Shown: positions 17,462 through 23,739 of the stretch, piece by piece
Layout: every line of letters begins with the position of its first letter
Numbering within the stretch: position 1 is the stretch's first letter
Assembly: GCA_037129555.1 (NCBI GenBank)
Contig: JBAXUS010000091.1
Span: forward strand, 1-23,739
DNA: 23,739 nt
From: Planctomycetota bacterium
GTDB lineage: Bacteria > Planctomycetota > SZUA-567 > H5-PLA8
Reading direction: 5' to 3'
Notes under the pieces: generated by a model
What the model saw: the letters and a program-made list of their open reading frames with translations, nothing else
What the model was told of the DNA's origin: nothing
The model's database searches: none
Position numbers and translations under genes: made by a program

Positions 17462-19666
17462 CTACTCCTTCTTCTGCTCCGCCACCGCCTTCGTGACTTC
17501 GGCGGCGTAGCGTTCGAGTTCCTCCATTCCGGTGCGGTCGTTGGTGTTGTTGTTGGCGAACTTTTCGGCCATCATCAACGTAAAGAGCAGGTTCAGGGCG
17601 CTGGGGATTTGGGTGTTGCCTCCCTCCCCTGTCTGCTGTCCATTGCCACCTCCGTTGCCGCCCATCACGATCACGCGGTCCGGAACCAAGGGTTGCGCGC
17701 TCTTCGAGAAGTTTTCGCCGATCTGCTGCATCGCGTAGATGCGCGGGTCGCCGTACGCTTTCAACTTCTGGTACAGGCCCGTCGCTTCGGCGATGCCCAG
17801 GCTGGCGACGCGCAGGGCTTCGGCTTTACCGACGAGTTCCTTGGCTCGCGCTTCGCCCTGGCCCATCAATTCCTTCGCGCGCGATTCGCCTTCTGCGTTG
17901 AGCTGTTTCGAGCGGCTGTCGGCTTCGGCCATCAAAATCTTCTTCGACTTTTCGGCTTCGGCCATCGCCACTTCGCGCTTCGCCAACTCACGCGCTTCGG
18001 CCAGTTGCGCCTCCCCGCGGTTGTGGGCGATCTCGACGTTGATCTTCGTCTGCGTCAACTCCATCTGCTTCTCCGCGCCGGCCTTTGCGTCGTTCAATTC
18101 GCGCTGGCGGACGGCGGCTTCCTGCTGCTTCGAGAACGTCGCGACCTGCTCCTCGGCCAAGCGGCGCGTTCTCAACTGGTCGAGCAGGCGTTCGATGGCG
18201 TCGTCCTGCCCGGCTTTGGCTTTCGAACTCGGTCGGCCGATCAGCACGGCGACGCAGTTGATGTCGTATTCTTCGAAGCGCTTGCCGAGTTCGGCTGTCG
18301 CGCGCTTCTGGATGTCGTCGCGCTTCATCATCAGGTCGAGCATGTGCGAACTCTGCGCGATGTCGCGGAAGTAGGACGCGAGGATCGGGTCGAGAGTCTG
18401 GCTGATCAAGCGCTTGACGTCGCCGAAGCGCTGGATGACGCTCGGCGCTTTTTCGTAATCGATGTGCACGACCAGCGAGAGCGGCAGCACCGGTTCGTAG
18501 CCGTCGGCAGTGATCAAGTCGATGCTGGTGAGTTCCCGATCGTAGCCGTGATCTTCTCCTTCTCCTGTGATCCAACGCAGGACGAAATTGACCGTTGGCA
18601 CGAGTTCAATTTTCATCGCGTAGGGGTTCAACGCGTATTTTCCGGGCGTCAACGCGCTCTTCCAGACTCCGCGCTGGCCTGATTCGACTTGCTCGCCGTA
18701 GCGGAAGCCTTCGCCGGTGGTGTCCGCGCCAGTCTGACCGCAGTACGAGACCACGACGCCGACGTAGCCGATGGGGATGAGCGTCTTGCTCTTCAATTCC
18801 ACTGTGGCGAACCAGCGGTTGATGAAGAATGTGCCGTCGGTCAGCACCTGCAACTGCTTACCGCGTCGACCGCCCAAATCGAGAAAGGCTTCGGGGTCTT
18901 GGAAGTACGAATGCCCGAGCTTCGAATCGGTCGCGTGAACGTCCGGCGCGATGATCTCGCCGGCTTCCAACGTCGGGCCGTCATGAACGGTGACGATGCC
19001 GATTTGATCGACGATCTGCACCGTCGTGCTGCTTTCGGCCTGATCCTTTTGATTGGTACTCGCGTCCGTTTCAACGCGGCGAGTTCCGACGACGACGGGC
19101 TTGAAGCCGTCCATTTTACGCAGCAGCGTTTGCCATTCCGTGCATTTCGCGACTTCCTTGTCACTGACCGGCCCGGTGTAGACGCGATCTTCTGCGATGA
19201 CGACGAAGAGCGCCAGATTGATGGCGTAGACGCCTTCACGCAGAATCGCGCGCTGACGACCGCGTTGCCCGCCGCCGGTCAGGAACGCGACAGAGTCCTG
19301 ATAGGCGTTGCATTTGATGTGCATGCCGAGCGTCTGGACCGGCGTCAACGCGCTGCCGTCACGCGCGTAGACGTAACCGATGCGGCCTTCCGAAATCTGC
19401 ACGAGCGGCTGCTTGTGGATGCTGTACTGCCACGGAAAATAGCCGAAGTGCAGACCGCCTCGCAGCACGGCGGCTTGGTAGCCGGCCTTGCCATCGATCG
19501 AAATAATTCCGCCGCCTTTCAGCGAACCGGATGGCGACCAGAGCTTTTCGATGATGCCGATTTGACTGTGCGGTATGTACCGGATACCGATCATGTACAT
19601 CAGCAACGGGATGAGAACAACGATACCGACGATAGCCAGTACCGAGTAAATGAGGAACATAGGCAT
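17462..19666 (-). CDS. Flotillin-family (SPFH/band-7, YqiK-like) membrane protein, 734 aa.
   Basis: N-terminal TM segment (MPMFLIYSVLAIVGIVVLIPLLMYMIG), then IPHSQIGIIEKLW...GGLHFGYFPWQYSIHKQPLVQIS typical of YqiK-type flotillins. Long Ala/Glu/Lys-rich coiled-coil C-terminal half and a Gly/Asn-rich tail. Confidence 0.9.
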   Translation of the reverse strand: MPMFLIYSVLAIVGIVVLIPLLMYMIGIRYIPHSQIGIIEKLWSPSGSLKGGGIISIDGKAGYQAAVLRGGLHFGYFPWQYSIHKQPLVQISEGRIGYVYARDGSALTPVQTLGMHIKCNAYQDSVAFLTGGGQRGRQRAILREGVYAINLALFVVIAEDRVYTGPVSDKEVAKCTEWQTLLRKMDGFKPVVVGTRRVETDASTNQKDQAESSTTVQIVDQIGIVTVHDGPTLEAGEIIAPDVHATDSKLGHSYFQDPEAFLDLGGRRGKQLQVLTDGTFFINRWFATVELKSKTLIPIGYVGVVVSYCGQTGADTTGEGFRYGEQVESGQRGVWKSALTPGKYALNPYAMKIELVPTVNFVLRWITGEGEDHGYDRELTSIDLITADGYEPVLPLSLVVHIDYEKAPSVIQRFGDVKRLISQTLDPILASYFRDIAQSSHMLDLMMKRDDIQKRATAELGKRFEEYDINCVAVLIGRPSSKAKAGQDDAIERLLDQLRTRRLAEEQVATFSKQQEAAVRQRELNDAKAGAEKQMELTQTKINVEIAHNRGEAQLAEARELAKREVAMAEAEKSKKILMAEADSRSKQLNAEGESRAKELMGQGEARAKELVGKAEALRVASLGIAEATGLYQKLKAYGDPRIYAMQQIGENFSKSAQPLVPDRVIVMGGNGGGNGQQTGEGGNTQIPSALNLLFTLMMAEKFANNNTNDRTGMEELERYAAEVTKAVAEQKKE

Positions 19667-20171
19667 GACGTTTTCCCCTCACACCAGCAGCAGATTTCGC
19701 AACGTGTGCGCGCTCTGAAGCGCGGCGGAAACGCGGGCTTGGTCAAGCTCGAAGGGGGCTCGTCGAATGGCGAACGACCTCAGAGCGACTGCCGCGAGAC
19801 CGATGCAAACGTGCCGAAACTGAAATTTTTGTGGGGGCGAAAACGATTGGTGATCGCCCTGAACAGGCCTGCGAGGTTAGCTGACGGGTTAGGGACTTCA
19901 GGTACCCCTCGCACATTTTCGAACCGGGCGAGATCCGCGTCATCCTGCAACGCGAAACCGGCCTGGGCGAAACAGCGCGATACACCCCAACGACTTTTGG
20001 TTCCCCCGCTTCGGAATCACAGACTCCGAACTCGGCTCAATACGCTTATTAGACGCGCTAGGTGAGAAAGAATTCAAATAATTCTAATGGAATGATTGCA
20101 ACGTAATGGATCAGAAGCAGTTATGTGTCTAAAAAAATGAAGTTTTGAAGGCACTCCTTCATTTCGTCTGA
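19667..20171 (-). promoter_or_regulatory. Long (~500 nt) ORF-free leader/promoter region upstream of the flotillin gene. Its distal part is AT-rich.
   Basis: No convincing ORF; the 80-aa ORF at 19743-19985 is Arg/Ser-rich and implausible. GAGGGG RBS directly before the flotillin ATG. 20040-20160 is ~37-40% GC against ~57% for the window. Confidence 0.3.
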
Positions 20172-20630
20172 TTAGTTATCGCCAATTCCAATACTGCGGC
20201 GAAGTGTGCGCGCGTTGATCAAAATCGCAATGACTGCCGTCAACAGGCTGATAAACGTGATGATCAGGAATTCGGTGTTATTGAAGATCGAGAACGCCGC
20301 AATTTTGGCGGCACCGAGGATAAACAAAATCAAATTAACGACGCCCATGCCGACCATGATCAGGGCTTCCATCGTGTTGTCGATGCCTGGGTGAGAGACT
20401 TTGTTCTGCTCGAAAAGCGCAACTACGGTACTTAACATCAACAGCACTTCGACCCACGAAAGGCTGTACACGCCAAACGTCGTAAACGCAGCGCGCGGAT
20501 TGGGAATGAAGTTCCTGCCGATGAGATAGATCACAAAGATGTAGAGGAATCCAGGCACAAATTGCATGATCCCACCGAGCCGGCTCTTCTTGACGTCCAC
20601 ATGCACATTTGTCACGTTATCATTTGCCAT
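20172..20630 (-). CDS. Small polytopic membrane protein (152 aa, ~4 TM helices), function unknown.
   Basis: Four hydrophobic segments (e.g. FVPGFLYIFVIYLIG, VYSLSWVEVLLMLSTVVALF, ALIMVGMGVVNLILFILGAA, FLIITFISLLTAVIAILI). GC is somewhat lower than in neighbouring genes. Confidence 0.6.
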   Translation of the reverse strand: MANDNVTNVHVDVKKSRLGGIMQFVPGFLYIFVIYLIGRNFIPNPRAAFTTFGVYSLSWVEVLLMLSTVVALFEQNKVSHPGIDNTMEALIMVGMGVVNLILFILGAAKIAAFSIFNNTEFLIITFISLLTAVIAILINARTLRRSIGIGDN

Positions 20631-20769
20631 TCGGAAGTTCCTTGTGAATTTAGGTAAGGCTTGATTTTCGCAGAAATGAGGGCGTTGTCAACTGCCGGGA
20701 CAGAATCCGTTACGCATTACTGAGTGCCAACTGCCCTCGAGATCATTACACTCAACGTACCTACTGGCA

Positions 20770-21543
20770 TTAGTTCTCGATCTCAGCTTTCAATCGGTAC
20801 ATGCTGTCGTTTCCGACCTGAATGAGTCCACGTCGAGGTCGGTCGACGTCGAGGATTGTGGCGAGCACTATCGCGATCAACAGGGCGAAGATAGCAGTGG
20901 ACGTGAAGCGGCGTTTTCGGGCCAGACCGCTGCCATAGGCGATGAATCCCAGTGCGATAATTGAGACGATGAAGAGCAGATGGATGACGACTTCGGGGAC
21001 GTGGTTCTCCAGCGCGACGCGGTGTGTTTCGCTGATGTCGAACATCTCGTTCAGTGCTTTGATAAATAATTCTGTTGGGATGGCTTGCGCGTCTTGAACG
21101 CTGAGCGACGAAGCGACATTCCACAGCTCTGTCTGAATTCGGGACGTCGCAGCGTGAGCGGATTCGAGGCGCGAATGATCGGCACCCGCGTCTAAAAACG
21201 CGATGCGCTCAGTCATGTACGCTTTGAATTTTGCCAGGATATCATTGCGACGCGATGCTGGCAGCAGTTTGACACGGAGGTGCGCCGTACCGATGGCGTT
21301 GGCTTCTTGAACGACCAACGATTTGCGATTGTCGTAACGGGAGACGGACATGGCGAAGGTGAATCCGAGCAACAAGGCGAGTAGTCCGAGCAGAGCGGAC
21401 TGCAACGTGCCTATGTGCGAACGGGTGGCGTCGTCGCCTGCGTCAGAGTGTCGGAATCCCAGCCTGAAGCCGATCTCAATCGTCCCGGCGAAAACGACGA
21501 GTGCGACAACAAACAACACAAATTCGTTCATGCTCCAAAGCAT
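20770..21543 (-). CDS. Membrane protein with two N-terminal and two C-terminal TM helices around a soluble middle domain (DUF4239-like topology, tentative).
   Basis: 257-aa ORF. TM pairs at FVLFVVALVVFAGTIEIGF / LLGLLALLLGFTFAMSV and VIHLLFIVSIIALGFIAYG / AIFALLIAIVLATILDV. The family name is recalled from overall architecture only. Confidence 0.6.
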   Translation of the reverse strand: MLWSMNEFVLFVVALVVFAGTIEIGFRLGFRHSDAGDDATRSHIGTLQSALLGLLALLLGFTFAMSVSRYDNRKSLVVQEANAIGTAHLRVKLLPASRRNDILAKFKAYMTERIAFLDAGADHSRLESAHAATSRIQTELWNVASSLSVQDAQAIPTELFIKALNEMFDISETHRVALENHVPEVVIHLLFIVSIIALGFIAYGSGLARKRRFTSTAIFALLIAIVLATILDVDRPRRGLIQVGNDSMYRLKAEIEN

Positions 21544-21783
21544 CAGGCGCTTCCCTTCAAGATGGCGGGTTCAATTGATGGCATCATTCAAGCGCGGGAG
21601 TATATCACTGTTTTAATAAATACAGAAGGAGAGCCGACTACGCTCTCCTTCATTACTGCACTGCTCACGACGATTCGCGTTCATTCGCGGGAAGAACGCT
21701 GCTACTCTTCCGCGTTAGAACTCCCACTTGATCTTCACGCCGAAGAGGTCTTTGTCTGCCCGTACCGTAAATAGCCGTTCCTA

Positions 21784-23145
21784 TTAATAGTCGAGCTTCA
21801 TGATCCGGTCCGCAAAGGCAGAGGCTTGATCGTAAGCGCTTCCGATGGGCCACGTGTGAGCGTTCAACACCGCCATCTCTACGATCACGCTGTGTGCCTT
21901 GGCCTTGGCGACGAGGTCCTGCGTCCGCTTTCGCATCAGCTCGCCGTGATCCGCAAAGATAAAAAACGGCGTAATGTTTTTAGTCGGTTCGTTGTTCCAC
22001 GGCAGCGTCTTGTCACTCAGCATTTCGTTATTGGCGACGCCATTTCCGAGAATCGCGCAGGCAATCTCCGTGGACAGGTTTCCATTGGAAGAGCGGAGAG
22101 TCTTGTCCGCTTCACTGAGGCTATTCTTGTTGAAATTAATTTTACCAAACAAGTAGGGAGGCGTGGCCCTGAGCTTATTGACAAGCATGCCTGGCACTTC
22201 GCTGCCTTTGCTGTGCCCGAAGCAACATATCTTCTGCGTATCTAAATGATACTTCGCGGCATTGCCCTTCAGGTGCCGCATGAAGCTGACCGCAAACTGA
22301 TCGCCGTATAAATGGTACCCCTTGGGATAGCCGCCGACTGGATCATTGAAATACTGCTGATGAACAATCGCCATGTTCTTCAACGCAAACGCCTGGACCA
22401 GATACCTGGCTTCCAAAGGGTAATACTCCTCCCGCCCTTTCTCATTCGAACCATAATTCGTCAGGACCGGAACGGCGGGGCCATACACCGGGTAGATGAC
22501 ATCGTACGTGTTGACCTTATCAGCGTCCGCGGCGTTGAACGGTTTGTCGAATTGCCGGGCGATTTCCTTCCGGAAGGCCTCAGGAATATCGCCGTAGCGG
22601 AACCACGCCACATCGCGCTCCACCGTGAATCCCGGCATCAGCGTGAAATAGTCGTTGGCTACCGTTTCGGTCTTGCTCGTTTTGGGTGAGGCGCGCGGAA
22701 CCAGCGGAGGAAGCAGGACCCCGTCAGCCGCCTCTCGAGCATTAGCGGTCAGTTGCACCACATACGTCTCAAGCTCCAGCCCCTCGAGCTTCTTGTCCTT
22801 GAAATCAGCCACGATGACCGTGAATTTCTTGCGGACCAGATCGTCCAAAATCGCTTTGTGCTGCTTGGGAGTCAGCACCAGTTGCTTGCGGCCGGTATTG
22901 ATCGCATAAATCGCCGCGTTCGACTTGAGTCCCTTGTCGAAATACACATCGAATGTCACGCCGTTTTTGACAGACGAAAGATGCCCTTCGCTCGTCACCT
23001 CAATCGGCGGAATGACCCCGCGCGTAAAACTCACACCGTCGTTCAATGGCGCGGCGTCTTCTCTGGCAACCGACGGTCTCGCAATCAACAGCGTCAGGCA
23101 CACCGCGAATGTAATAATGGCAGACGTGATTCCACTACTGTACAT
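21784..23145 (-). CDS. Secreted alpha/beta-hydrolase-fold serine hydrolase (esterase/lipase-like) with an extra ~190-aa N-terminal domain.
   Basis: 453-aa ORF with a signal peptide (MYSSGITSAIITFAVCLTLLIARPSVA). Nucleophile elbow G-H-S-K-G within CCFGHSKGSE. The stop codon is doubled (TAA TAG). Confidence 0.75.
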   Translation of the reverse strand: MYSSGITSAIITFAVCLTLLIARPSVAREDAAPLNDGVSFTRGVIPPIEVTSEGHLSSVKNGVTFDVYFDKGLKSNAAIYAINTGRKQLVLTPKQHKAILDDLVRKKFTVIVADFKDKKLEGLELETYVVQLTANAREAADGVLLPPLVPRASPKTSKTETVANDYFTLMPGFTVERDVAWFRYGDIPEAFRKEIARQFDKPFNAADADKVNTYDVIYPVYGPAVPVLTNYGSNEKGREEYYPLEARYLVQAFALKNMAIVHQQYFNDPVGGYPKGYHLYGDQFAVSFMRHLKGNAAKYHLDTQKICCFGHSKGSEVPGMLVNKLRATPPYLFGKINFNKNSLSEADKTLRSSNGNLSTEIACAILGNGVANNEMLSDKTLPWNNEPTKNITPFFIFADHGELMRKRTQDLVAKAKAHSVIVEMAVLNAHTWPIGSAYDQASAFADRIMKLDY

Positions 23146-23349
23146 CGATCGTTATCCTTAGCCGGGAGCCGCAGTCAGGTATCCTGATCACTATACCCCG
23201 CATAACGACTTTTAAATTTAATTAGAGCATGCCGCCTCGATAGCAGCGATATCGATCTTCTTCATCTTCATCATCGCCGCAAACGCGCGCTGGGCGACAG
23301 CGGGATCGCGATGGGAGATCGCTTGAGTCAGAGCAATCGGCGTAACCGC

Positions 23350-23613
23350 CTAATTCTTCTTGATTTCGATACCAGGAAGCTTAATCAACGTATCGTCGCT
23401 GCCATCCTTGACTTTCGTCTCAGTCTTCTTCTCGATCGTCGTCGTCGAGCCGTCCGGGTTTTGGTGCAGGATCTTTTCTTTGGTCTTTTCGCTCCCGTTT
23501 TCCTTGATCTCGACTTTCCTCTCGATCACTCGGTCCGTGGTCGAACCGCCGCAGCCCGACAGAGCCAGAATAAAGGTCGCCGGAATCACTAAACTAGCCA
23601 AATTCGTTTTCAT
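23350..23613 (-). CDS. Small lipoprotein (87 aa), Lys/Glu/Thr-rich mature part.
   Basis: It starts at the internal Met of the six-frame ORF: MKTNLASLVIPATFILALSGCGG is an SPII signal with lipobox LSGC. An AGGAGG Shine-Dalgarno lies 8 nt upstream of this ATG. The longer upstream extension has neither a signal nor an RBS. Confidence 0.6.
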   Translation of the reverse strand: MKTNLASLVIPATFILALSGCGGSTTDRVIERKVEIKENGSEKTKEKILHQNPDGSTTTIEKKTETKVKDGSDDTLIKLPGIEIKKN

Positions 23614-23739
23614 CGTCACATCCTCCTGACGATAATAAGCGCAAAACAGAAGCCGATCCCAACGAATGTATGTCCCCCTATGAAGAACGACGATTCGAAA
23701 CAGGATTGTCCGCAATTCTCGGAATTTGTGTGGGCGTCT

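Noticed and set aside
19860-19960. A GGTTCGAA (T-loop-like) motif on the minus strand that could mark a tRNA.
   Set aside because: The flanking sequence does not form a T-stem, acceptor stem or anticodon arm. It is not a tRNA.
20040-20640. Lower-GC stretch covering the four-TM membrane protein gene and its upstream region, a possible horizontally acquired islet.
   Set aside because: The GC drop is modest inside the gene (~45-48%) and is largely explained by AT-rich promoter DNA and hydrophobic codon usage. No mobility genes or repeats flank it.
21716-21783. Directly after the serine-hydrolase TAA-TAG double stop, the same frame continues for 21 codons ending ...DLFGVKIKWEF*. This is an OMP-like aromatic C-terminus, suggesting readthrough or a truncated ancestral ORF.
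   Set aside because: Two consecutive stop codons make readthrough implausible. A 21-codon open stretch is expected by chance, and there is no further support.

Overview
This 23.7-kb window looks chromosomal, from a high-GC, PVC-type (Planctomycetota/Verrucomicrobiota-like) genome. That placement rests on gene content only: two tandem formylglycine-type sulfatases, a multihaem c-type cytochrome, a glucose/sorbosone-dehydrogenase-like beta-propeller protein, a giant RCC1-repeat surface protein, and nearly every protein carrying a signal peptide. Almost everything from base 9 to 8202 is on the minus strand. The most coherent unit is a tight four-gene minus-strand cluster (2256-8202): a secreted Sel1-repeat protein fused to a C39-like papain-fold peptidase domain; a multihaem cytochrome c (five CxxCH motifs) with an embedded PA14 domain; a beta-propeller dehydrogenase-like protein whose start overlaps the cytochrome stop by 7 nt; and a small two-TM membrane protein. 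I read this as an uncharacterised extracytoplasmic redox/processing module. Next to it sits a HigB/HigA (E. coli YgjN/YgjM-type) toxin-antitoxin pair. HigA is intact and overlaps HigB in the classic ATGA junction. HigB has two in-frame TGA codons within its first 14 codons, so it is a pseudogenised toxin with a retained antitoxin. The second striking region is a ~1-kb ORF-poor intergenic stretch (16456-17461). It holds at least three copies of a ~45-nt composite hairpin unit with compensatory stem changes, a 27-nt near-perfect direct repeat pair flanking ~600 bp of AT-rich ORF-less DNA, and a clean intrinsic terminator for the downstream flotillin gene. Other genes: a ThuA-like secreted protein, a hypothetical secreted protein, a 734-aa flotillin (SPFH) protein with a ~500-nt AT-rich leader, two small polytopic membrane proteins, a secreted GxSxG serine hydrolase and a small lipoprotein. 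I found no tRNA, rRNA, CRISPR array, transposase or integrase.
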